From contig OZ249436.1 of assembly GCA_965235115.1 (NCBI GenBank), forward strand, positions 558,001-622,000: 64,000 bases of DNA, given 5' to 3'. The notes below the pieces were generated by a model. The model did no database searches. It was not told the origin of the DNA and saw nothing but the letters and a program-made list of their open reading frames with translations. The stretch's first letter is position 1, and each line of letters starts with the position of its first letter. This DNA is from Laetmonice hystrix (Eukaryota). This document shows, in pieces, positions 27,394 to 39,422 of this stretch. A program made the translations under genes and the position numbers.

Positions 27394-28340
27394 TGGGAAC
27401 CCGATGTGAAGGTGGACCCATCCTGGGCTGGATGAGGGTGGTGGTTAGGGTTAGACCGGTCCAGGGTGACATTAACACCAACCACCATCTGTATAATAGG
27501 TCCGAGAGGAACAGGTGCGTGTACCGTTAGGTTTGGTGCGTGTACCGTTAGGTTTGGTGCGTGTACCGTTAGGTTTGGTGCGTGTACCGTTAGGTTTGGT
27601 GCGTGTACCGTTAGGTTTGGTGCGTGGACCGTTAGGTTTGGTGCGTGTACCGTTAGGTTTGGTGCGTGGACCGTTAGGTTTGGTGCGTGTACCGTTAGGT
27701 TTGGTGCGTGAACCGTTAGGTTTGGTGCGTGTACCGTTAGGTTTGGTGCGTGTACCGTTAGGTTTGGTGCGTTTACCGTTAGGTTTGGTGCGTGTACCGT
27801 TAGGTTTGGTGCGTGGACCGTTAGGTTTGGTGCGTGGACCGTTAGGTTTGGTGCGTGTACCGTTAGGTTTGGTGCGTGGACCGTTAGGTTTGGTGCTTGT
27901 ACCGTTAGGTTTGGTGCGTGTACCGTTAGGTTTGATCAGAATGACAGAAACATTAAGAGAATGAGACCACCTGTTAAAATCGTTTCCTCGACTGACGGAT
28001 CTTAGATCAGAGAATGGGTCTCTCGCTTCCCGGCAGGCCTCACGACATCCGGGCTGTGGAGAACGACTGTGTTTGCGCGCGCGCTCGAAGGTCATGTTGA
28101 CTCTGCTGGCAGACGACATTCGACAAATAGCCACACGCCATGTTTGGTCACGTTGACCACTTGGTTTTTGTGGCGTTCCAAGAACGCACACACTCGGCAG
28201 TCGGTGCGAGAAGGCGTGGGTAAACATGCCGACAGTATACTCGGCCGCTCTCCGCTCTGAGGGCCTCCCTTCCCCTTCCAATCCCACCACCACCCTCATC
28301 CAGCCCAGGATGGGTCCACCGCCTCCACATCGGGTTCCCA
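27394..28340. repeat. ~52-55-bp inverted repeat pair (27394-27445 and 28286-28340)
   Basis: TGGGAACCCGATGTGAAGGTGGACCCATCCTGGGCTGGATGAGGGTGGTGGT matches the reverse complement of 28286-28340 apart from a 3-bp indel and a substitution. Confidence 0.9.
27514..27934. repeat. 21-bp minisatellite, ~20 copies
   Basis: Unit GTACCGTTAGGTTTGGTGCGT; lies between the inverted repeats. Confidence 0.99.
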
Positions 28341-28515
28341 ATCCTATGACGTCAGACAGCCAGGAATCCGGAGCCAAGATGGTGGCCAGTACCTAACCCT
28401 ATTTGCGCGTAGCCACCTAGGGTTAGGGAACCAAACTAGGCAGTACCCAGCCTGTGGCAGAGATTGAATGAAGTGAACGATCTCTGTCCGGAGGGTGAAT
28501 AACCCCAAGACGTTC

Positions 28516-29138
28516 TGACACCAGGGACCACCGCCAGGGGCAGGCCGCGCGGTGAGGGCCCCGAGTGTGACATCAGGGACAGCCGCCAGGGGCAGGCCGC
28601 GCGGTGAGGGCCCCGAGTGTGACACCAGGGACCGCCGCCAGGGGCAGGCCGCGCGGTGAGGGCCCCGAGTGTGACACCAGGGACCGCCGCCAGGGGCAGG
28701 CCGCGCGGTGAGGGCCCCGAGTGTGACACCAGGGACCGCCGCCAGGGGCAGGCCGCGCGGTGAGGGCCCCGAGTGTGACACCAGGGACCGCCGCCAGGGG
28801 CAGGCCGCGCGGTGAGGGCCCCGAGTGTGACACCAGGGACCGCCGCCAGGGGCAGGCCGCGCGGTGAGGGCCCCGAGTGTGACACCAGGGACCGCCGCCA
28901 GGGGCAGGCCGCGCGGTGAGGGCCCCGAGTGTGACACCAGGGACCGCCGCCAGGGGCAGGCCGCGCGGTGAGGGCCCCGAGTGTGACACCAGGGACCGCC
29001 GCCAGGGGCAGGCCGCGCGGTGAGGGCCCCGAGTGTGACACCAGGGACCGCCGCCAGGGGCAGGCCGCGCGGTGAGGGCCCCGAGTGTGACACCAGGGAC
29101 CGCCGCCAGGGGCAGGCCGCGCGGTGAGGGCCCCGAGT
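28516..29138. repeat. 52-bp GC-rich minisatellite, ~12 copies
   Basis: Unit GACACCAGGGACCGCCGCCAGGGGCAGGCCGCGCGGTGAGGGCCCCGAGTGT. Confidence 0.99.
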
Positions 29139-29406
29139 AGCAGCAATACCAGCGCGGCTAGATTGACTCCTCCACTTTGGTTGATATGCCGCAAGGGTAA
29201 TGGCATTTTGGTTTGTGACCTTTAGCGGGCAGATAGCGAGAGAGGTCAGTACCCTGTAGACATGCGCTGCACCCCTATCTATAAGGATACTGTTTGATAA
29301 ACGAGGGTTATCGCAACAACAGCTTTATACCAATCAATGATTCTTCTAAACACTGCAGTACCGTATAATGTCATGGGCTCCGAACCGCTCTATTGACGAC
29401 CGCCAA

Positions 29407-30140
29407 GCCGCCCTGCCCCAGAATACCACAGACAAACACCGACAGCAGCCGCTCTGCCCCAGAATACCACAGACAAACACCTACAGCAGCCGCTTTGCCC
29501 CAGAATACCACAGACAAACACCTACAGCAGCCGCTCTGCCCCAGAATACCACAGACAAACACCTACAGCAGCCGCTCTGTCCCAGAATACCACAAACACC
29601 TACAGCAGCCGCTCTGCCCCAGAATACCACAGACAAACACCTACAGCAGCCGCTCTGCCCCAGAATACCACAGACAAACACCTACAGCAGCCGCGCTGCC
29701 CAAGAATACCACAGACAAACACCTACAGCAGCCGCTCTGCTCCACAATACCACAGACAAACACCTACAGCAGCCGCTCTGCCCCAGAATACCACCGACAA
29801 ACAGCTACAGCAGCCGCCCTGCCCCAGAATACCACATACAAACACCTACAGCAGCCGCTCTGCCCCAGAATATCACAGACAAACACCTACAGCAGCCGCT
29901 CTGCCCCCGAATACCACAGGCAAACAGCTACAGCAGCCGCCCTGCCCCAGAATACCACAGACAAACACCTAGAACAGCCGCTCTGCCCCAGAATACCACA
30001 GACAAACACCTACAGCAGCCGCTCTGCCCCAGAATACCACAGACAAACACCTACAGCAGCCGCTCTGCCCCAGAATACCACAGACAAACACCTACAGCAG
30101 CCGCTCTGCCCCAGAATACCACAGACAAACACCTACAGCA
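29407..30140. repeat. 41-bp minisatellite, ~18 copies
   Basis: Unit CAGCCGCTCTGCCCCAGAATACCACAGACAAACACCTACAG. Confidence 0.99.
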
Positions 30141-30382
30141 GGCCTTGCAAACCCAGCCATCAGAGGTCTCAGATTTCTTCACTGTCTAGACACTGTCACC
30201 CATCCTTTAGGACTGTAGAGTAAGGTGATCACCAAAGTCTGTGCCAATCATTTATATGTCACAAAGTAAAATCTCAAATTGGGAGAAGAATTGCTGGACA
30301 CTAAGTCGACGGTAATTGACTCGGCCTGTCCCACCCTCGGGTTATAAAAAAGTACAAATACGTATTTGCCCGATCTTGGTTG

Positions 30383-31876
30383 GATTTGAATTGTCTTTGG
30401 ATGCTGACTTATAATAACGGTTCGATCACCTCGGGGATATAGAATTTCTTTGTTTGATTTGAATTGTCTGGATGCTGACTTATAATAACGGTTCGATCAC
30501 CTCGGGGATATAGAATTTCTTTGTTTGATTTGAATTGTCTGGATGCTGACTTATAATAACGGTTCGATCACCTCGGGGATATAGAATTTCTTTGTTTGAT
30601 TTGAATTGTCTGGATGCTGACTTATAATAACGGTTCGATCACCTCGGGGATATAGAATTTCTTTGTTTGATTTGAATTGTCTGGATGCTGACTTATAATA
30701 ACGGTTCGATCACCTCGGGGATATAGAATTTCTTTGTTTGATTTGAATTGTCTGGATGCTGACTTATAATAACGGTTCGATCACCTCGGGGATATAGAAT
30801 TTCTTTGTTTGATTTGAATTGTTTGGATGCTGACTTATAATAACGGTTCGATCACCTCGGGGATATAGAATTTCTTTGTTTGATTTGAATTGTCTGGATG
30901 CTGACTTATAATAACGGTTCGATCACCTCGGGGATATAGAATTTCTTTGTTTGATTTGAATTGTCTGGATGCTGACTTATAATAACGGTTCGATCACCTC
31001 GTGGATATAGAATTTCTTTGTTTGATTTGAATTGTCTGGATGCTGACTTATAATAACGGTTCGATCACCTCGGGGATATAGAATTTCTTTGTTTGATTTG
31101 AATTGTCTGGATGCTGACTTATAATAACGGTTCGATCACCTCGGAGATATAGAATTTCTTTGTTTGATTTGAATTGTCGGGATGCTGACTTATAATAACG
31201 GTTCAATCACCTCGGGGATATAGAATTTCTTTGTTTGATTTGAATTGTCTGGATGCTGACTTATAATAACGGTTCGATCACCTCGGGGATATAGAATTTC
31301 TTTGTTTGATTTGAATTGTCTGGATGCTGACTTATAATAACGGTTCGATCACCTCGGGGATATAGAATTTCTTTGTTTGATTTGAATTGTCTGGATGCTG
31401 AGTTATAATAACGGTTCGATCACCTCAGGGATATAGAATTTCTTTGTTTGATTTGAATTGTCTGGATGCTGACTTATAATAACGGTTCGATCACCTCGGG
31501 GATATAGAATTTCTTTGTTTGATTTGAATTGTCGGGATGCTGACTTATAATAACGGTTCGATCACCTCGGGGATATAGAATTTCTTTGTTTGATTTGAAT
31601 TGTCTGGATGCTGACTTATAATAACGGTTCGATCACCTCGGGGATATAGAATTTCTTTGTTTGATTTGAATTGTCTGGATGCTGACTTATAATAACGGTT
31701 CGATCACCTCGGGGATATAGAATTTCTTTGTTTGATTTGAATTGTATGGATGCTGACTTATAATAACGGTTCGATCACCTCGGGGATATAGAATTTCTTT
31801 GTTTGATTTGAATTGTCTGGATGCTGACTTATAATAACGGTTCGATCACCTCGGGGATATAGAATTTCTTTGTTTC
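30383..31876. repeat. 71-bp tandem repeat, ~21 copies
   Basis: Unit GATTTGAATTGTCTGGATGCTGACTTATAATAACGGTTCGATCACCTCGGGGATATAGAATTTCTTTGTTT. Confidence 0.99.
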
Positions 31877-32901
31877 ATCATGAGGTCTGTCTAGTCCAGA
31901 CTTTACTGTGCCTTAGTGTTTTGTCCTAAAACCCTTCACCCATTCTGGATCAATATATTTTTGTAACAACAAAGACTGGAGGAATAAGAGTAGATGTACA
32001 TACATAGAAATGTGCCTTGAGGGGAATCAAGCAATGAATCAAGGAATCAAAATGACCAATGCCACCAAGTCAGCCTAGGGGCAAGGACTATCAGCCTCAC
32101 TGACTGACCGAAAGGTCTGTGGTCAATTTATCTCCGTCCAAAACCTGTAGCAATTCATCAGACACTGCATGCCAGTCGTGGATTCGGTGTTTCACTAAAA
32201 GCTAAGGTCACGGAGGTAATTGCGGCACTTAAAACTTGGTATGGCTAGTTGAAGTGAAGTGGTCGGCACTGGAGAGGGAGCCCAGGCCACCAGAAACACG
32301 GTCTGGTGTGATCCTATCAATAAAACTGACTAAACAAACAAAAAACAATTCATGTAGGAAACAATAATCATGTCTTTCATTTCAAACTCACAAAGCGGCC
32401 CTGATTTTTCATTAAGTTGAGCTCGGAGCTTAGTGCGGATTATCCACCGTGATGACAAAACACGGACCATATCTATGGGTTATTTATGCGGAGAGTGATT
32501 AGGAAATCTTTTCTCCGTAGTTTGCAATTTTCCGCTTTTTGTGGCGGGGGTAATGGTATACGACTGGCACCCTTCAATCACCCGCTAACAGATTAGTGTA
32601 TGCTGTAGATATTAAGGAGCCATATGATGAAAGGCTGGCCTCCCTCACCCGGATTCATCCACGGAGTACAGAAGTAACTTAGAAGAACCAGCTTTACATA
32701 ACCAGCGGTAGCTTGATTAAATTGGCCGTAGTTACTGCCTTGGCGTAACGCTAACGTTACACAAACTTGAAGCAGGCAGACTGGAGTGTAGTGTAGTTTA
32801 TTACACTGAAGACAGCAGCAACACTTTGCTCCGATACGTAAATCATTCGATAAGTAATTGGACGAAAGGAGGTCCATTTGATTGCCGAGGATATTGGCAA
32901 G

Positions 32902-33716
32902 GTCCTCTAGAACTTATGAACTTATGATCACAGCTGGAGGGAAGCCATGCTTGGCTAGAAGGCGCCCTGCCTGCTGCCCTCAAGTCGGGACGAAACCACG
33001 TCCTGTAGAAACTATAAACTTATGATCACAGCTGGAGAGTAGGGAAGCCATGCTTGGCTAGAAGGCGCCCTGCCTGCTGCCCTCAAGTCGGGACGAAACC
33101 ACGTCCTGTAGAAACTATAAACTTATGATCACCGCTGGAGAGTAGGGAAGCCATGCTTGGCTAGAAGGCGCCCTGCCTGCTGCCCTCAAGTCGGGACGAA
33201 ACCACGTCCTCTAGAAACTATAAACTTATGATCACAGCTGGAGAGTAGGGAAGCCATGCTTGGCTAGAAGGCGCCCTGCCTGCTGCCCTCAAGTCGGGAC
33301 GAAACCACGTCCTGTAGAAACTATGAACTTATGATCACAGCTGGAGAGTAGGGAAGCCATGCTTGGCTATAGAAGGCGCCCTGCCTGCTGCCCTCAAGTC
33401 GGGACGAAACCACGTCCTGTAGAAACTATAAACTTATGATCACAGCTGGAGAGTAGGGAAGCCATGCTTGGCTAGAAGGCGCCCTGCCTGCTGCCCTCAA
33501 GTCGGGACGAAACCACGTCCTCTAGAAACTATGAACTTATGATCACAGATGGAGAGTAGGGAAGCCATGCTTGGCTAGAAGGCGCCCTGCTGCCCTCAAG
33601 TCGGGACGAAACCACGTCCTCTAGAACTTATGAACTTATGATCACAGCTGGAGAGTAAGGAAGCCATGCTTGGCTAGAAGGCGCCCTGCCGCCCTCAAGT
33701 CGGGACGAAACCACGT
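32902..33716. repeat. ~103-bp tandem repeat, ~8 copies
   Basis: Unit GTCCTSTAGAAACTATRAACTTATGATCACAGCTGGAGAGTAGGGAAGCCATGCTTGGCTAGAAGGCGCCCTGCCTGCTGCCCTCAAGTCGGGACGAAACCAC. Confidence 0.98.
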
Positions 33717-34542
33717 GCATACTTTGCCCTGGTCCACATTCGCCCGTCCTGGCCGCTAGGGGAGCCACATGAGATTGTGGCGGGTGGCCCTCGCCAGAAT
33801 ATGACGGATGCCGTCACGAGTATCCGGCCTAATTTCCCGGCGGGGGTCAGCCATTGTTAACGTTTCTCTCAGTCCTCAGCCAAGAGGTTCACAAATGTGA
33901 AGGTTCACATTAAAACATCTCCTCACCACTTTTGCTAAAACGAATTATTGTTAAGAAGTAATGGCACAAGACGGTTACCTAAAAGCAGTTCGAGATTCGT
34001 GGCCAAGATTTAAGGTGCAATTTGTGGCAGAAAGCCAATTCATCGGGCAGTCTTAATATCCAGGCCGCTCTAAGAGGCACACGGGAATGACAGGGGAAAC
34101 AAGGGAATAAAACTATCCAAATCGCTATCCAAAATCTTGATAGATTAATGTAAAAGTAGGATAGTTCACGAAATGAACCTATTGTTCACAAGAAACCCAA
34201 TGCATAAGAAATATTAATGGATGCTGTCAGTTTAATTTTCATCCGAAATACGCAGTCGTTTTCCAGTGTACACATACACACAGGAATACAACGTGTAATT
34301 AGCCGGCAGCAGTTGGCCAGGGACAGGTCAAAGGGAACTCTCTATAAAAGGACTTAATAACTTGTAATAATCTGGCCATTGGCTTACAATTGCTCATGGT
34401 TCCATTTGAATTACTCCTACGATATAAAATGTCGTTATTGTTCATAATGTAATGTGAGAAGATCTGGTACGTATTGATATGAACTTTTCATAGTTTCCCT
34501 ACTTTCAAGGTCAATGTGGCAGTAGATCTAGATTACCATCTG

Positions 34543-37275
34543 TCCTACCTTATAGGTTCCTAGTATCCTATCTCACCTCATACTGTGGTGTTAGTATCCC
34601 GGGATCCTACCTTATAGGTTCCTAGTATCCTATCTCACCCCATACTGTGGTGTTAGTATCCAGGGATCCTACCTTATAGGTTCCTAGTATCCTATCTCAC
34701 CCCATACTGTGGTGTTAGTATCCCGGGATCCTACCTTATAGGTTCCTAGTATCCTATCTCACCCCATACTGTGGTGTTAGTATCCCAGGATCCTACCTTA
34801 TAGGTTCCTAGTATCCTATCTCACCCCATACTGTGGTGTTAGTATCCCGGGATCCTACCTTATAGGTTCCTAGTATCCTGTCCCCCCCCCATACTGTGGT
34901 GTTAGTATCCCAGTATCCTACCTTATAGGTTCCTAGTATCCTATCTCACCTCATACTGTGGTGTTAGTATCCCAGGATCCAACCTTATAGGTTCCTAGTA
35001 TCCTGTCCCCCCCCCCCCCATACTGTGGTGTTAGTATCCCAGGATCCTACCTTATAGGTTCCTAGTATCCTGTCCCCCCCCCCCACACACACTGTGGTGT
35101 TAGTATCCCGGGATCCTACCTTATAGGTTCCTAGTATCCTATCTCACCCCATACTGTGGTGTTAGTATCCCAGGATCCTACCTTATAGGTTCCTAGTATC
35201 CTATCTCACCCCATACTGTGGTGTTAGTATCCAGGGATCCTACCTTATAGGTTCCTAGTATCCTATCTCACCCCATACTGTGGTGTTAGTATCCCAGGAT
35301 CCTACCTTATAGGTTCCTAGTATCCTATCTCACCCCATACTGTGGTGTTAGTATCCCGGGATCCTACCTTATAGGTTCCTAGTATCCTGTCCCCCCCCCC
35401 ATACTGTGGTGTTAGTATCCCAGTATCCTACCTTATAGGTTCCTAGTATCCTATCTCACCTCATACTGTGGTGTTAGTATCCCAGGATCCAACCTTATAG
35501 GTTCCTAGTATCCTGTCCCCCCCCATACTGTGGTGTTAGTATCCCAGGATCCTACCTTATAGGTTCCTAGTATCCTATCTCACCTCATACTGTGGTGTTA
35601 GTATCCCGGGATCCTACCTTATAGGTTTCTAGTATCCTATCTCACCCCATACTGTCGTGTTAGTATCCCAGGATCCTACCTTATAGGTTCCTAGTATCCT
35701 ATCTCACCCCATACTGTGGTGTTAGTATCCCAGGATCCTACCTTATAGGTTCCTAGTATCCCATCTCACCCCATACTGTGGTGTTAGTATCCCAGGATCC
35801 TACCTTATAGGTTCCTAGTATCCTATATCACCCCATACTGTGGTGTTAGTATCCCAGGATCCTACCTTATAGGTTCCTAGTATCCCATATCCTCCCATAC
35901 TGTGGTGTTAGTATCCCAGGATCCTACCTTATAGGTTCCTAGTATCCTATCTCACCCCATACTGTGGTGTTAGTATCCCAGGATCCTACCTTATAGGTTC
36001 CTAGTATCCTATCTCACCCCATACTGTGGTGTTAGTATCCCGGGATCCTACCTTATAGGTTCCTAGTATCCTATCTCACCCCATACTGTGGTGTTAGTAT
36101 CCCAGTATCCTACCTTATTGGTTCCTAGTATCCTATCTCACCCCATACTGTGGTGTTAGTATCCCGAGATCCTACCTTATAGGTTCCTAGTATCCTATCT
36201 CACCCCATACTGTGGTGTTAGTATCCCAGTATCCTACCTTATAGGTTCCTAGTATCCTATCTCACCCCATACTGTGGTGTTAGTATCCCAGGATCCAACC
36301 TTATAGGTTCCTAGTATCCTATCTCACCTCATACTGTGGGGTTAGTATCCCAGGATCCTACCTTATAGGTTCCTAGTATCCTATCTCACCCCATACTGTA
36401 GTGTTAGTATCCCAGGATCCTACTTTATAGGTTCCTAGTATCCTATCTCACCCCATACTGTGGTGTTAGTATCCCAGGATCCTACCTTATAGGTTCCTAG
36501 TATCCTATCTCACCCCATACTGTGGTGTTAGTATCCCGAGATCCTGCCTTATAGGTTCCTAGTATCCTATCTCACCCCATACTGTGGTGTTAGTATCCCG
36601 GGATCCTACCTTATAGGTTCCTAGTATCTTATCTCACCCCATACTGTGGTGTTAGTATCCTAGGATCCTCCCTTATAGGTTCCTAGTATCCTATCTCACC
36701 CCATACTGTGGTGTTAGTATCCCAGGATCCTACCTTATAGGTTCCTAGTATCCTATCTCACCTCATACTGTGGTGTTACTATCCCAGGATCCTACCTTAT
36801 AGGTTCCTAGTATCCTATCTCACCCCATACTGTGGTGTTAGTATCCCAGGATCCTACCTTATAGGTTCCTAGTATCCTATCTCACCCCATACTGTCGTGT
36901 TAGTATCCCGGGATCCTACCTTATAGGTTCCTAGTATCCTATCTCACCCCATACTGTGGTGTTAGTATCCCGGGATCCTACCTTATAGGTTCCTAGTATC
37001 CTATCTCACCCCATACTGTGGTGTTAGTATCCCAGGATCCTACCTTATAGGTTCCTAGTATCCTATCTCACCCCATACTGTGGTGTTAGTATCCCGGGAT
37101 CTTACCTTATAGGTTCCTAGTATCCTATCTCACCCCATACTGTGGTGTTAGTATCCCGGGATCCTACCTTATAGGTTCCTAGTATCCTATCTCACCCCAT
37201 ACTGTGGTGTTACTATCCCAGGATCCTACCTTATAGGTTCCTAGTATCCTATCTCACCTCATACTGTGGTGTATC
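34543..37275. repeat. 62-bp minisatellite, ~44 copies, degenerate copies continue to ~37410
   Basis: Unit TCCTACCTTATAGGTTCCTAGTATCCTATCTCACCCCATACTGTGGTGTTAGTATCCCRGGA; some units carry a poly-C variant. Confidence 0.99.
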
Positions 37276-37448
37276 CTAGTATCATACCTTACGCCGTGCT
37301 GCTAGGCTCCTAGGCTCCGATCTCACCCCATAGTCTACTGTTAGTATCCTAGTATCCTAGTACAGTATTATCACCCATACTGTGCCGTTGATGACCTACC
37401 TAGTCCTAACCCTAGGACTACAGAATATTATATCTTATTTACAAGCAT

Positions 37449-38017
37449 TTACCTTGGACTAGTGTGAGATTAATCTACAGGTAATATACCTTGGACTAGT
37501 GGGAGATTAATCTACAGGTAATATACCTTGGACTAGTGGGAGATTAATCTACAGGTAATATACCTTGGACTAGTGGGAGATTAATCTACAGGTAATATAC
37601 CTTGGACTAGTGGGAGGTTAATCTACAGGTAATATACCTTGGACTAGTGGTAGGTTAATCTACAGGTAATATACCTTGGACTAGTGGGAGATTAATCTAC
37701 AGGTAATATACCTTAGTGGGAGATTAATCTACAGGTAATATACCTTAGTGGGAGATTAATCTACAGGTAATATACCTTAGTGGGAGGTTAATCTACAGGT
37801 AATATACCTTGGACTAGTGGTAGGTTAATCTACAGGTAATATACCTTGGTCTAGTGGGAGATTAATCTACAGGTAATATACCTTGGACTAGTGTGAGATT
37901 AATCTACAGGTTATATACCTTGGTCTAGTGGGAGATTAATCTACAGGTAATATACCTTGGACTAGTGAGAGATTAATCTACAGGTAATATACCTTGGACT
38001 AGTGGGAGATTAATCTA
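37449..38017. repeat. 37-bp minisatellite (32-bp variants)
   Basis: Unit TACCTTGGACTAGTGGGAGATTAATCTACAGGTAATA; palindrome AGATTAATCT. Confidence 0.98.
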
Positions 38018-38537
38018 AGATTATATCGAGTTGACTACTAGGGTTTTCTCATTTCCGTTTACGCCATATCAAGTCAAAGATAGCCGAGAGAGGTGATACA
38101 CATACTGCCATTCTCGGTGATACTGGCGTATCCAACTACAAGAATGTGGGATTACACGTTACAATTCCATGGTATACCCATCTTGTTATTTGCATTCCAT
38201 ATATTCCGCTCAGGGTGGTCTAGTTGAGGACGTGAACTGTGCCATGATCGTTACTCCTTATGTCATTCATGAGAACATTATGACTTGGCGTCGTCTTCCA
38301 AACCAAGCTTGACAAACTTTGCTTGGATGGTTGTAGCCAGACAAGTAATAATTGCTCAGACGGTGTGGAGGCCGCGGCGGGTCTTCCCGAGGAAACATTT
38401 TCTTAAATTTCGGAGACAAAATGATTTTTGTCCCTCTGTGCCGAACTGTCCGACCCCCCCCCCCCCCCCCCCCCCCATTGTTACATAATTTAGGTATTGT
38501 CGTTACTATTACCCCCAAACCTCCGAATCGGTCATAT

Positions 38538-39411
38538 ATCCTGACTGACTGAGGCCATCGTCATCAGGATAAGTATACTATACACAACCAATCCTGAGTG
38601 ACTGAGGCCATCGTCATCAGGATAAGTATACTATACACAACCAATCCTGAGTGACTGAGGCCATCGTCATCAGGATAAGTATACAACCAATCCTGAGTGA
38701 CTGAGGCCATCGTCATCAGGATAAGTATACTATACACAACCAATCCTGAGTGACTGAGGCCATCGTCATCAGGATAAGTATACTATACACAACCAATCCT
38801 GAGTGACTGAGGCCATCGTCATCAGGATAAGTATACAACCAATCCTGAGTGACTGAGGCCATCGTCATCAGGATAAGTATACTATACACAACCAATCCTG
38901 AGTGGCTGAGGCCATCGTCATCAGGATAAGTATACTATACACAACCAATCCTGAGTGGCTGAGGCCATCGTCATCAGGATAAGTATACTATACACAACCA
39001 ATCCTGACTGGCTGAGGCCATCGTCATCAGGATAAGTATACTATACACAACCAATCCTGGCTGAGGCCATCGTCATCAGGATAAGTATACTATACACAAC
39101 CAATCCTGGCTGAGGCCATCGTCATCAGGATAAGTATACTATACACAACCAATCCTGAGTGGCTGAGGCCATCGTCATCAGGATAAGTATACTATATACA
39201 ACCAATCCTGAGTGGCTGAGGCTATCGTCATCAGGATAAGTATACTATACACAACCAATCCTGAGTGACTGAGGCTATCGTCATCAGGATAAGTATACTA
39301 TACACAACCAATCCTGAGTGACTGAGGCCATCGTCATCAGGATAAGTATACTATACACAACCAATCCTGAGTGACTGAGGCCATCGTCATCAGGATAAGT
39401 ATACTATACAC
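38538..39411. repeat. 53-bp minisatellite, ~17 copies
   Basis: Unit ATCCTGAGTGACTGAGGCCATCGTCATCAGGATAAGTATACTATACACAACCA; ATCCTGA/TCAGGAT inverted repeat. Confidence 0.99.
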
Positions 39412-39422
39412 TACTATACTAT

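Noticed and set aside
28516..29138. CTCF motif arrays in the 52-bp unit (CCGCCAGGGGCAG), the 53-bp unit at 56495 (CACCAGGGGCAG) and at 33750
   Set aside because: Each is one G short of the core spacing, so they do not fit the motif.
29246..29292. miR-10-family-like start TACCCTGTAGA in a short hairpin
   Set aside because: Only the first 11 nt match; the remainder differs from miR-10, and the ~47-nt hairpin is too short to hold a 22-nt mature arm.
30383..31876. B-box-like GGTTCGATCAC in the 71-bp unit (and GGTTCGATAGG in the 41-bp unit)
   Set aside because: Mismatch to GGTTCGANNCC and no convincing A box at a suitable distance.
32965..33010. Hammerhead ribozyme in the 103-bp unit (GGACGAAACCACGTCCTG resembles the 3' half of type I hammerheads)
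   Set aside because: The CUGANGA core is absent (CTGCTGC at that position) and stems I/II do not form; a simple GGACG/CGTCC hairpin explains the match. An Infernal hammerhead search would settle it.
38538..39411. Minus-strand CTGATGA in the 53-bp unit as a hammerhead core
   Set aside because: No downstream GAAA or stem II/III.
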